Positions 17,725-27,222 of a stretch of 57,921 nucleotides of DNA are shown piece after piece. Origin of the DNA: a virus. Lineage: Duplodnaviria; Caudoviricetes. The position numbers and the translations under genes were made by a program. The DNA lies in the IMG/VR virus record IMGVR_UViG_3300049172_000141, positions 1-57,921 of that record; one strand, given 5' to 3'. The notes below the pieces were generated by a model, which was not told the origin of the DNA, did not search any database, and saw nothing but the letters and a program-made list of their open reading frames with translations. How positions within the stretch are numbered: position 1 is the first letter of the stretch; the number at the start of each line of letters is the position of its first letter.

Positions 17725-19806
17725 TCACGGGGCGCTGGCGTACACAAGCCGATAGGAAGCGCCCACGCCGATCTGCCGTTGAATGAGCTGATCGAGACGG
17801 TACTGACTGACCCTTTTTCCGCGGTAATAATGCGAGCGGGAATCCCCGGGGGTGCCTTCCCAGAGGTAGTCGGCGTTCGGCTCGTTGCCGTCGAAGTACG
17901 GGGCGAGCTTGTCGGCCTGCTCGACCAGCAAGTGGTCGTAGCGGAACGTCAGTGGCCCCACGTTCGCGTACGGGCCGTTCTTCACGAGGGACTGCCACAA
18001 CACGCCGTCCCACTGCACGAGGGCGCCAGCGGTGTAAGGCGCGCTCTGGGACCAGGTCGGCTCGACGTCGGGGGCCTGGTCCAGTGCCATCCACACGGCG
18101 TCGTTGCTGCCGGGCTGGACGGCCGCGTACACGCTGGCGACGTCGTCGGCCGCGTAGCCGAGGTAGAGCTGAAGGGACCCGCCGTAGGTGCTGGACGTCT
18201 TGAACGTCACCCAGAGCCTGGTCCAGGCGGTGTTCCCGGTCGGGTCGAAAATCGCGGTGGACGTGCCGCGGATGATGTTCGTGCCGTCGTTGGCGAACAG
18301 GGTGATGGGAGCCTCGCCGGCCATGGGCAGGACGTAAATTGACGCCGTGTAGACGGTGTCCGGCTTCAGGCGGTCGACGAGGGCCGGTTGCGCAGTCTGG
18401 GAGATAACGCCGGTGCGTGGTGAGGTGCCGTTGATCAGCGTGGCCGTGGGAACGCTGGTGATGCTGTACTGCGCGGCGTTGCCGACGATGCCGCCCCCGG
18501 TGGACAGCGTCAGCGCGGACGTCACGCTGGAGTCCTTTTCCTGGTTCCAGCCCCATAGGGAGTTCTGGAGGGAGGGGTTCTTGGCGAGGTTCACGCGTGT
18601 TGCCCGCAGTTTGATGACGAGCTGTCGCGGCGGCTGCCAGGCCCTGGCTGGCGAAGCGCCCGCGCTCCTGGTAGCGAGCGTGCTCGGGACCCACAGCCTG
18701 TGCTCGTCCACGTAGAACTGCACCCGTGCGGCGCCGCCGGAGGTGATCCGGGGGACCACCGCGGCCCAGGCGGCGTTGGCGTCCATGGTGTGCACGGTGG
18801 CTGCCTGCTGCCATTTGTAGCCGCCGGTAGCGGTCACGGTGTCGCCGGCCGCGAAGCTTCCGATGAGATTGAAATTCGCGTCGTAGCGCAGGATGGCGCA
18901 GCGGAACTGCATGCCCGCGGCCTCGCAGGCGACGGAAATCTGTGCCTGGTAGGTGACTCCGGGCTCGACGCGCACGAGTGCGGCTTGCAGCGGCAGCAGG
19001 GTCAGGGAGGCAGGGGCCGGGATGGGGTTGCCGCCCGTGACGCCGGTGCCGTTGGGGTTGTCGGGCGTTCCCTCGCCCGGAAGGAAGGTGCGGTATTTGA
19101 CGTCCGCGTAGGTCTGCCTCTTGGCCATGAGGTTCGGGTATGAGCCGAACTGGGCCACTGCCTCATAGGAGTTGGTGGGCGGCGGGCTCTGGTACACGAA
19201 CTTGCCGGAGAACTCCCCGCACGAGGTGTACTCGTTGGTGCGGGTGTAGGTCATGTAGTCCGTTTCACTGCCGCCGCCGACTGGCGTGAACATCAGACGG
19301 CCCTCGTAGGAGGACTGCTCCAGGTCGAAGAGGTTGGAGCCGAACTGGTTGGTGTCGGGGTCGATTCCCGGCGGGGTGCGCTCGAACTGCGCGTATGCGA
19401 GCTGCTGGGTCTCGCCCACGGCCATGGCCGAGGAGGTGACGCCCAGGCGGGCGTAGTCGTAGACGCCGTAGATCGCGCCGACCGGGCCCGGGGAATAGGT
19501 CTTGTTGGGGGCGTCAACCGTCAGCGAGAGGCGCCGCCACGTATTCGTCGGGTCGGTGCCGCCCAGGCGAATGGTGGCCGAGGTGGGGTAGCTGAAGGCT
19601 GGATCGGTGTAGATGGACGGCCCGTAGGGCACGACCGCGAAGTCAGTGAAGGCGCCCGGTACGTCGGAATAGGTCAGGGCGATCGTCCCGTTGCCGACGC
19701 TTCGACCGGCATTCATTGCGATTTGCGTGATGAGCCGGAGCGCGGGATTGAAGGTGCCGGTGCTCAGCGTGGTGCCGTCCAGCGCGAGGGGAATGGGGAC
19801 GGTCAT
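17725..19806 (-). CDS. Tail fibre/baseplate protein with carbohydrate-binding modules
   Basis: NLAKNPS CBM-like domain; CBM5/12-like WSQSAPYTAGALVQWDGVLWQS. Confidence 0.7.
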   Translation of the reverse strand: MTVPIPLALDGTTLSTGTFNPALRLITQIAMNAGRSVGNGTIALTYSDVPGAFTDFAVVPYGPSIYTDPAFSYPTSATIRLGGTDPTNTWRRLSLTVDAPNKTYSPGPVGAIYGVYDYARLGVTSSAMAVGETQQLAYAQFERTPPGIDPDTNQFGSNLFDLEQSSYEGRLMFTPVGGGSETDYMTYTRTNEYTSCGEFSGKFVYQSPPPTNSYEAVAQFGSYPNLMAKRQTYADVKYRTFLPGEGTPDNPNGTGVTGGNPIPAPASLTLLPLQAALVRVEPGVTYQAQISVACEAAGMQFRCAILRYDANFNLIGSFAAGDTVTATGGYKWQQAATVHTMDANAAWAAVVPRITSGGAARVQFYVDEHRLWVPSTLATRSAGASPARAWQPPRQLVIKLRATRVNLAKNPSLQNSLWGWNQEKDSSVTSALTLSTGGGIVGNAAQYSITSVPTATLINGTSPRTGVISQTAQPALVDRLKPDTVYTASIYVLPMAGEAPITLFANDGTNIIRGTSTAIFDPTGNTAWTRLWVTFKTSSTYGGSLQLYLGYAADDVASVYAAVQPGSNDAVWMALDQAPDVEPTWSQSAPYTAGALVQWDGVLWQSLVKNGPYANVGPLTFRYDHLLVEQADKLAPYFDGNEPNADYLWEGTPGDSRSHYYRGKRVSQYRLDQLIQRQIGVGASYRLVYASAP

Positions 19807-22721
19807 GTGCGGACCCTTTCGAGCAAGCCGTAGCCCAAGGCCGTGTTGTTACGGGTGTCGGAGACGCTGGCGAGCGTGCGCCAGCCTGACCAGGCGCGGG
19901 CCTCGACGAGGATGTCTCCGGCCCGGTTGCGCACGCGCATGCGCTCGCCGTAGCTGATGGGGGTCCAGGTGGCGACGACGCTGACGTTGACCGCGGTGAC
20001 GGTGCCGCCGGAGACGGTGACGGTGGTGTAGGTCAGCCGGTCGCGGGAGGCGAGCCAGTAGGCGGAGGCGTTGTACCGGAAGGCCAGGCCGTGCTCCATC
20101 GTGGCCTGGCTGCTGTCCGGTGCCGACATGAACGTCACGTACGCCTGCTCGCCCTGCTGACCGGCGGGAGGGGTGTAGACCCAGTCCCGCTGGAAGAACA
20201 GCACCCGGCCGGCTTGCCGTTCCAGGGTGGACGCGGAGTTCCAGGACATGGGCCGCACGACACCGCGGGCGTTCGCCCAGGTGCCCCAGGCCGTCACCCA
20301 TGGGATCGGCACGCCGTGAGTTCCGGCTGCTGGCACCGTCCATCCGGCGGGGGCGCTGCCGGTGGACTGCGGGTAGGCGGGGGTGGTCTCGAACCTGTCG
20401 AACAGCAATTGAGCGTCTGACTGAATGAACCCGAGGCCGCCGTAACTGCCGCTGGAGTTGTACCAGTTGACGAAGAGCCGCACGTCTTCGCCGGTCGCCG
20501 TGGCGGTGCGGTTGTGGTAGAGCGAGTAGGTGTAGCGCTGGATGTTCAGGCCGCACCAGCGCCACCACAAGTTGTCGGTGTTGTAGCCCGTCGGGTAGAT
20601 GCCGAGCGAGGGGCGTGCGGCCTCGTACAGGTGCCCGCGCCAGGAGATGCGGTCGCCCTTTTTGTAGGAGCGCGTAGGGGACCAGGAGACGACTTTCGGG
20701 GTGTAGACCGAGTCGGCCAGGATGCGGCTCGGCTCGGGTGAGGTGTTCGCCTTGTAGGGGGTGAAGCGCCACTTGTCGGGGTTGAGGTCGGGCTGTCGGC
20801 CCACGCTTTGTGCGGTGGCGACATACACCGGTGCTGTGGCCCAGCCCAGGGGATTCCAGGTCACTGCCTGGCCCGGGTAGTAGGTCTCCGAGGCGCTCCA
20901 AGCGCTGGCGCGGACCGGGCCGGAGAGGAATACCTCACGGCTGCCGGCCGTGCCGATGGCCGTGTAGTTCAGGCTGTTCCCGCTGCCGGGGCTGCCGGTA
21001 CCCACGGAGGCGCCCTGGGGGGAGATCCACCAGTCGGGCGTGGTGGTGGCAGTGACGTCCGGATTGACGATGCCGCCCGGGATCGAGAGGTTCCACGAGC
21101 CGTACCCGGCGGTGAGCGGGTTCCACTCGGTCTGGGTGTCCTTGAGGGCGTTCGGGGTGATGGCCTGCCAGTAGGTGGCGGACGCCGCGTCCCCGGTGGG
21201 ACGGACGTTCAGATTGACGCCGGTGCCCTGGACGAGCAGGTAGGAGATGGTGATGTCGTAGCCCTTGGACAGGGCGTTCTTGCCGGTGCTGGTGAGCGTG
21301 AGCGTGTTGCCGGTTGCCGTGAGGGGGAAGGTGCCGACCACCGCGACAGGCACCTGCTGTCGCGAGGAGCTGTAGAGGTCGATGGGCGTCATGCCGAGGT
21401 CGAGCCCGTTGACCTTGGCGCTGATGATGCCGCCGGCCGGGTCAGCGATCGGGACGATGAGCACGGTGTAGGTGCCGGCCGAGGGCGCGCTGAAGGTGTA
21501 CGTGAGCGTGTCGCCGCTGCTCGCGTTGTTCAGGCGGACGTAGCCGGGGTAGGGGTCGGCGACACGGTCGGGGTCTTTGACGATGGTCCCGGAGCCGGTC
21601 TTGGCGGGATTGGACCCGGTGAAGGAGAGGTAGACCGACTCGCGCCGAGGGGTGCCGATGGCCGCGTACAGGGTGCCGCTGTAGGTGACGATGTCCGAGT
21701 AGAGCTGGCTGCCGACGGTGGTGTAGTAGACCTTGTCGCGCTGCCACTCGGGGTAGCTGGGCGAGGCGAAGGCGGCCTCGTCTAGGTCGTGCAGCTCGTT
21801 GTAGCCGATGAGGCAGTCGGCGTTCCAGCCGGTTGCGGCCTTGACCAGCTTCTGCGTGGATTCGACGCTGCCGCGGTCTCGTTGGATGAGGGCGGCGTTG
21901 GCCACGTAGGACCGGCGTAGTTCCGGCAGGGCCGGCAGCCGATCGTCGATCCCCATTTCCTGTGCGAGCAGCCATAGTTGACGGTCGGTGCAGCGCAACA
22001 CGTCGTTGATGCGCAGTAGTTGGTCGTGCTCGCATTTGATGACGTCGAAGAAGTACCCGAAGATGCGGCAGAACCGCAGGAGCTGCTCGTTGACCGGGAT
22101 GCTTGAGGCGGTGCTCTCGACCACTTCGATTTTGTAGGGGCGGGGAATGTGGTCGTACAGCAGCTCGCTGTGCTTGAAGTCCTTTACGGCCAGGCCGACG
22201 CAGCCGCCGCAGCGGTACCACGCCTCCGTCATTCCCGTCAGGCCCCAGCTCCCGGGGTTCGTATCGGGCTGGAGGCCGGTTGTTGTAGCGCTGGCCGCGT
22301 AGACCTTGCCGTTGTAGGTGGCCAGGTCGCCGGGGTAGTAGGTGGCGGTGGCGTCGTAGGCGTCCGGCGCGGTACTGACGAAGACCGCGTAGTAGTAGAC
22401 CTGGCCGGGGACCACGGTGTCATCGAGGAAGCGGTTGGTGGGCTCGCCACTGCCTCCGCCGATCCCGGCGGCGTTTTCGAGGATGACCCAGCCGTCGTCT
22501 TCGGCCTCGGGGACGCCGTAGCTGTTGCGGACCAGCCGTAGCCGGCTCCATTGCTTCACGCCGGCGAGGATCTGGCTGGAGTTCGCCTGAATCGGGGTTT
22601 CCCACGACACTTCGAGTGCGCCATTGCCCCGCTGTTCCGCGGACATGGCGGATTCGAAGGAGACGAAGAGCGGCGCCCCGTAGAGGGTCTTGGCGTAGAT
22701 GTCGATTTCGTAGACGCCCAT
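19803..22721 (-). CDS. Baseplate wedge/tail protein (P2 I-like core) with multiple CBM5/12-like repeats
   Basis: LYDHIPRPY...LLRFCRIFG...LWLLAQEMG...RGS core; four W/Y-x4-Y-x2-G-D-x-V-x-Y/W-type repeats. Confidence 0.75.
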   Translation of the reverse strand: MGVYEIDIYAKTLYGAPLFVSFESAMSAEQRGNGALEVSWETPIQANSSQILAGVKQWSRLRLVRNSYGVPEAEDDGWVILENAAGIGGGSGEPTNRFLDDTVVPGQVYYYAVFVSTAPDAYDATATYYPGDLATYNGKVYAASATTTGLQPDTNPGSWGLTGMTEAWYRCGGCVGLAVKDFKHSELLYDHIPRPYKIEVVESTASSIPVNEQLLRFCRIFGYFFDVIKCEHDQLLRINDVLRCTDRQLWLLAQEMGIDDRLPALPELRRSYVANAALIQRDRGSVESTQKLVKAATGWNADCLIGYNELHDLDEAAFASPSYPEWQRDKVYYTTVGSQLYSDIVTYSGTLYAAIGTPRRESVYLSFTGSNPAKTGSGTIVKDPDRVADPYPGYVRLNNASSGDTLTYTFSAPSAGTYTVLIVPIADPAGGIISAKVNGLDLGMTPIDLYSSSRQQVPVAVVGTFPLTATGNTLTLTSTGKNALSKGYDITISYLLVQGTGVNLNVRPTGDAASATYWQAITPNALKDTQTEWNPLTAGYGSWNLSIPGGIVNPDVTATTTPDWWISPQGASVGTGSPGSGNSLNYTAIGTAGSREVFLSGPVRASAWSASETYYPGQAVTWNPLGWATAPVYVATAQSVGRQPDLNPDKWRFTPYKANTSPEPSRILADSVYTPKVVSWSPTRSYKKGDRISWRGHLYEAARPSLGIYPTGYNTDNLWWRWCGLNIQRYTYSLYHNRTATATGEDVRLFVNWYNSSGSYGGLGFIQSDAQLLFDRFETTPAYPQSTGSAPAGWTVPAAGTHGVPIPWVTAWGTWANARGVVRPMSWNSASTLERQAGRVLFFQRDWVYTPPAGQQGEQAYVTFMSAPDSSQATMEHGLAFRYNASAYWLASRDRLTYTTVTVSGGTVTAVNVSVVATWTPISYGERMRVRNRAGDILVEARAWSGWRTLASVSDTRNNTALGYGLLERVRT

Positions 22722-22728
22722 GGCTACC

Positions 22729-23511
22729 TCACGTCAGGTCGCGCACGAACGACAGCGAGATATTGCAGTTGGCATCCACGGTGTTGTCACTTGCACCGTG
22801 CTGGCTCACCTGCACCTGGATCGGGACGCCCTTGTTCCAACGCCCCTGCCAGGAAACGTTGATGCGGTGCCGAATCCACGTCTGAGTCTCGATGAGGCTG
22901 TCCTGGCCGGCGATTTCCTCACTGCCGCGCATCACCCGGATGTGAACGAAGTGGAGGTCGTTTGCCTTTCGGACGGTGGAGTCCGCCCACACGTTCACCG
23001 AGAGGTCCCAGAACCCGGTCAGCGGGGAGTAGATGTTGGAGCCGCCCTGGTACATCCGGTTCGGGTCGTAGTCGGCCGCGCCCCACTTGAACGGGACCCA
23101 TCGCCCCTCGCCGGCGGGGACCTTCATACCGGGTGCTCGGATGACGGCCGCCGCGGGCTTGAACGGCTTGCTCTGCCCGGACTGGCCGACCAGGAGCTGA
23201 GTCATGAGCGTCAGCCACGTCATCTGCTGCTGCATGGCCTTGAGCCGGTCGGCGACCGATGAAAAAGTCTTGGGCGCACCGAAGTTGCTGACCGGGGCAG
23301 GGGTCTTGACGGTCATGGTGCCGGTTCGGGGCGGCCACTTCGTATTTCCGGTCGGCCACCAGCCCGGCCACACATGGGGGTTGGCGCCCACGGTGCGCTC
23401 AACGGCTGCCATCTCGTTCTGCAAATCGTTGACGTGGGCCGCCCAAATGACGTCCACGTTATCCGTCTTGGGCGTAAAGGTCCGGACGGACATCGGGTAA
23501 ACGGCAGGCAT
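22729..23511 (-). CDS. Short tail fibre-like protein, possible C1q-like C-terminal domain
   Basis: AAHVNDLQNE N-terminal motif; YDPNRMY...PLTGFW. Confidence 0.6.
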   Translation of the reverse strand: MPAVYPMSVRTFTPKTDNVDVIWAAHVNDLQNEMAAVERTVGANPHVWPGWWPTGNTKWPPRTGTMTVKTPAPVSNFGAPKTFSSVADRLKAMQQQMTWLTLMTQLLVGQSGQSKPFKPAAAVIRAPGMKVPAGEGRWVPFKWGAADYDPNRMYQGGSNIYSPLTGFWDLSVNVWADSTVRKANDLHFVHIRVMRGSEEIAGQDSLIETQTWIRHRINVSWQGRWNKGVPIQVQVSQHGASDNTVDANCNISLSFVRDLT

Positions 23512-23521
23512 AGCGAGACTC

Positions 23522-25048
23522 CTATACTCCGCCGCTGGCGGTGATGACGATGTTGCCGACGATCGGGATTTCGTTGTCGCGGCATACGACGTCGGCCGTG
23601 CCGCTCTGCGTGAGATCGGAGCGCGCCATCATCTGAATGACCGCCCATTCGACGCCGGGGACCTCCTGAATGGCCCGGTACAGATGCGAGATGGAGATGC
23701 GTGAACCGAACGTGGTCTCCGGCGGAGTGAACACCTTCTGAATTGCCTGCTGTACTGCCAGCTTCACCGTGTCGCGCCGATAGCGGGGCTGCACCGAAAT
23801 GAGCACGGGCAGCGTGCTGGAGCCGATATTCACCGGCACGAGGGTGCCGTTGACGACGTTGACGACCACTCCGGAAAGGGAGCGAGCCTGAACGTACTGG
23901 GCGACCGCGTCGCGCTGGCCCTCGCTCGGCAGAATGTTGTTGGGGCCGATGATGAAGATCGTCACCGCGGACGCGGAACGCACCACGGCGCGAGCGTCAG
24001 CCACGCCGGCGACGGTCAACGCCAGGTCGGCGTAATCAGTGGCGCTGACTGCCCGGCCCTGGGCGCGAAAGACCCTCGGGGCGTTGAGGCGGATCTGGTC
24101 GGTGGACTCCTCGTCGGCTCCTCCAGCCATGGAAGAGGAGCCGGACACAGCGACACCCGGGATGGCTTCGGCCAGGTCGACGATGGACCCCTGCGGGATG
24201 TTGCCGTAACTGCCGCCGCCGGTGCGGTACGCCGCGGCGATGGTCAGGCCGGTCGCCGGAATCGAACCGTTGACGCCGTCGCCGAACGTGATCCGAGTGA
24301 CGCCTTGGTCGTCGGTAATCGCAGTGAAGATCAGGTCCGAATCGCGAGTCAGCAGAAAGTCGTCGACCCGGGTCCACTCGGTACCGCCCACTCCGTCGTC
24401 CACGAAGATCCTCACCGTGTCCAGCAGGACCGGCGACTGGGCGAGGGTGAAGACCTGGCTCTTGGTTCCGTCACTGGAGCCGATGTCCTCGACGCGCACG
24501 GTGGTTGCCGGCTGGCCGGAGGTGGAGGCGTACAGGGCCAGCGTCCGGGTGCCCTGGGTGGCGCCCTCGGCGACCAGGGTCACGACCTGGGGGGCGGGCT
24601 CGGTGTAGGCCGGGACGATGACGTCGCTGGTGGTCTCGAAGGTCAGGGGCCGGTCGATGGTCGGGATGTAGTTGGTGATGACCTGGGTGCCGGCCGGCAG
24701 GATGATGGGAGAGGTCAGCCCCGGAGTCGGGGAGAACGCCACCTGACCGGTTGAGGGGATTGCCGTGTGCGGCTGGTAGCCGAGCTGCTGCGCGATGGCC
24801 ACCACGCTGGAGCGCTGGGTGGCGGTCGACAGGAACGCTTCGTCGTGGATGCGGTCCTGGTAGAAGCTGACGATGTCGCCGAGATAGGCGAAAAGCTCCA
24901 CCATGACGACGCCGAAGTCTGCCGGAGACCGGGAGGTCCATTCGGGGAGGATCTGCTGGGCGTACGCCAGGAGAGAATCGCGGTACCCGGTGAAATCGCG
25001 CGACGTGTAGTCGATATTCGCTACCGACCCGCTGTCGACTGCCACCAC
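23522..25048 (-). CDS. Baseplate J / gp6-like wedge protein
   Basis: IDYTSRDF, PEWT...ADFGVVMVELFAY, FGDGVNG, GGADEES, RAVSATDY. Confidence 0.92.
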   Translation of the reverse strand: MVAVDSGSVANIDYTSRDFTGYRDSLLAYAQQILPEWTSRSPADFGVVMVELFAYLGDIVSFYQDRIHDEAFLSTATQRSSVVAIAQQLGYQPHTAIPSTGQVAFSPTPGLTSPIILPAGTQVITNYIPTIDRPLTFETTSDVIVPAYTEPAPQVVTLVAEGATQGTRTLALYASTSGQPATTVRVEDIGSSDGTKSQVFTLAQSPVLLDTVRIFVDDGVGGTEWTRVDDFLLTRDSDLIFTAITDDQGVTRITFGDGVNGSIPATGLTIAAAYRTGGGSYGNIPQGSIVDLAEAIPGVAVSGSSSMAGGADEESTDQIRLNAPRVFRAQGRAVSATDYADLALTVAGVADARAVVRSASAVTIFIIGPNNILPSEGQRDAVAQYVQARSLSGVVVNVVNGTLVPVNIGSSTLPVLISVQPRYRRDTVKLAVQQAIQKVFTPPETTFGSRISISHLYRAIQEVPGVEWAVIQMMARSDLTQSGTADVVCRDNEIPIVGNIVITASGGV

Positions 25049-25146
25049 TCACACTTCCTCTCGGTCCCCGCCAGCGGGATCGAGTCAGAAATGTGTGCCG
25101 GCTGATAATTGGATTCTACGGTCCGCAGCGGTCGGGCGTTAATGCG

Positions 25147-26241
25147 CTAGCCGCCGGTGGATACGACGGTGCCTCCCACGAGCACGCCGACTGTGCGGGT
25201 GGTGTCCTGCTCGGCGCCGGGTGTGTCGCTGCGGGATACCTGGACGTTGATATCGACCGTGCCGAGGTCGTTGTTCACGTTGGCGACGACGGCGGACACC
25301 ACGGCGCTGGGCTCGAACTGCCCGACGGCGTCGAGGACGGCCCGCTCAAGCTGATCGTGGGCGGCCTCCGCGTTCACCTCGAACAGCGCGGCGCTCGTGG
25401 GCACGCCGTAGGTGGCGCGCATGACCCGCTCACCGGGCAGTGTGCCCACCAGTGCGTGCACGCGGTCCACGAGCTGCTCGCGCGGGTCAACGGTGGAGGC
25501 CACTGCCCCGGTGTGGTCGATCGCGAACGGGGTGCGCATGGTGACGGACACGGAGGTGTCGCTGGGGCCGGTGGTCTGAATGACCGGCGGGACCTCCGGT
25601 GTCTCGACCGTGAGGGGGACCTGGGCCGCAGCACGCTTGAGCGCGTCGCCGAGAGCGAAGAACGTCGGCAGCCGGTTGGCCGGGTTACTCACGGCAGCCT
25701 GGGCCAGGTCGCCGTCGGCGTAGAAGCTCTTGCGCAAGGAGCGGGTGAGGTCGATCTGAACGCCGGCGCTCACCTTCGTCTTGTTCACGATGTTCTGCGG
25801 GTCGCCGCCCTCGAAACGCAGCGGTGGTGTGTCGACGACGAAGCCGGCCGTGGTCAGCTCCTGGCTGACGAGCGCCACCAGGACGTCATCGAGCCCGGAG
25901 ACGTAGGCCACCTCTTCGCTCTCGCGCTGGTCTTCTACGCCCCGCAGGGAGATGGCGCGGGCGGCGTTGCCCACGTTGACCTGGCAGAACGGTTCGTCGA
26001 ATGTGACCGCCGGCAGAGCCAGGGTGCTGGCCGTCAGGTCGCTGAGGCCCTCGAATGAGTAGTAGGCCCCGGTCGATCCGGCGCAGTAGGTGGCGAGCTG
26101 TGAGGTCGGCGGTTCGATGGTGCCGCCGTGGATGGCGATGAAGATGAGGTAGTCGCCGACTCCGTAGCGGTTTTTGATGTCGTAGTCGATGCCGAGGATT
26201 TTCGACGCGGCCAGGCTGCGGAAATAGGGGTAGGTCGTCAC
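25147..26241 (-). CDS. Fusion of poly-gamma-glutamate hydrolase-like (DUF867) domain and GPW/gp25 baseplate wedge domain
   Basis: N-terminal AIHGGTIE...YSFEG...FDEP...NIVN...GVQID; C-terminal TLPGERVMRATYG...FEP. Confidence 0.8.
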   Translation of the reverse strand: MTTYPYFRSLAASKILGIDYDIKNRYGVGDYLIFIAIHGGTIEPPTSQLATYCAGSTGAYYSFEGLSDLTASTLALPAVTFDEPFCQVNVGNAARAISLRGVEDQRESEEVAYVSGLDDVLVALVSQELTTAGFVVDTPPLRFEGGDPQNIVNKTKVSAGVQIDLTRSLRKSFYADGDLAQAAVSNPANRLPTFFALGDALKRAAAQVPLTVETPEVPPVIQTTGPSDTSVSVTMRTPFAIDHTGAVASTVDPREQLVDRVHALVGTLPGERVMRATYGVPTSAALFEVNAEAAHDQLERAVLDAVGQFEPSAVVSAVVANVNNDLGTVDINVQVSRSDTPGAEQDTTRTVGVLVGGTVVSTGG

Positions 26242-26250
26242 GGCTGCTCC

Positions 26251-27222
26251 TCAGACGATGCGGGCGCGGATGCCGGTCAGGGACATGTCGTAGGTGGGCG
26301 CTGCGCCCCCGGGGAAAAGCGCCGTGAGGTCGCCGTTGGTTTCCATCGTGATGCGGGCCGCGGGAGTGTCGTGCTGGCCGACTGGGATGACGACGATCCA
26401 CTTGTTGTCGAAAGAGGCGGATGAGCTGGCGCCCTCAGTCCGGTACAGGGCCGTCACGGTGTACGTGGTGCCCGGCGTCATGCCGGTGACCTGCCGGGAA
26501 TTCGAGGCAGAGGTGTTGTAAGTGCCCTGTACTTCTGCGGAGCGGTTGTCGTCGCCGTCGGCGATGACCGTGGACCCTTGCAGGACACGAACTCCCATGA
26601 TGCAGCGTCCCGTGTCGGTCGTGTTCTGCATGAAGGCGCCGAACACCACAACTGCCTGACCCGAGGCCGGGGAGATGAAGCTGATGCTCGGCCCGTTGGC
26701 GTCGGTGACGTAGGTGGCGCTCGTGGTCGACGTCGTGGCGCGGTACTCGCCGTAGACCGTCCTGCTGTTGTACGCGGTGCGGTAGAGCGTGGCTGTGGTG
26801 GCACGGTGCCGTTCGATGGGCCACGCCTCCTTGGGCAGGCTGGCGAATTTCACGGCCACGCCTGTGCCGATGGCGTTGTCGGTTTCCACCGACCCGGACA
26901 GCTCGACCATGCCGTCTTCAGTGGTCCGGTAGACGGGGCTGCCGGCTGAGGAGGCCACCCAGCCCGACTCCAGCGTCAGTGGCTGCCAGGCCGCGACAGT
27001 CTCAGTAACCCTGGGCCAGTACAGCGGGTAGTTCATGTCCCCGCCCTCGAAGGCCACGATCACCTGGTCTCCAGACGCCACGGTGCCGTACGAGACCGGT
27101 TCGGCCCAGCCGGAAACCGCGGTGCCGGAGATCTGGGGGATGCGCAGCCGCACCCGCCGGCGATTCTGCGGGTCGTCCGTCGAGACGACCAGCGCCGCGT
27201 ACACCCCGTGCAGCGCCGTCAC
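26251..27222 (-). CDS. Baseplate spike gp5/gpV OB-fold protein with fibre-like C-terminus
   Basis: GVYAALVVSTDDPQNRRRVRLRIP...WA...GDQVIVAFEGGDMNYP. Confidence 0.85.
   Translation of the reverse strand: MTALHGVYAALVVSTDDPQNRRRVRLRIPQISGTAVSGWAEPVSYGTVASGDQVIVAFEGGDMNYPLYWPRVTETVAAWQPLTLESGWVASSAGSPVYRTTEDGMVELSGSVETDNAIGTGVAVKFASLPKEAWPIERHRATTATLYRTAYNSRTVYGEYRATTSTTSATYVTDANGPSISFISPASGQAVVVFGAFMQNTTDTGRCIMGVRVLQGSTVIADGDDNRSAEVQGTYNTSASNSRQVTGMTPGTTYTVTALYRTEGASSSASFDNKWIVVIPVGQHDTPAARITMETNGDLTALFPGGAAPTYDMSLTGIRARIV

Noticed and set aside
17725-27222. Diversity-generating retroelement or shufflon in fibre genes
   Set aside because: No reverse transcriptase, invertase, TR/VR pair or inverted cassettes noticed.
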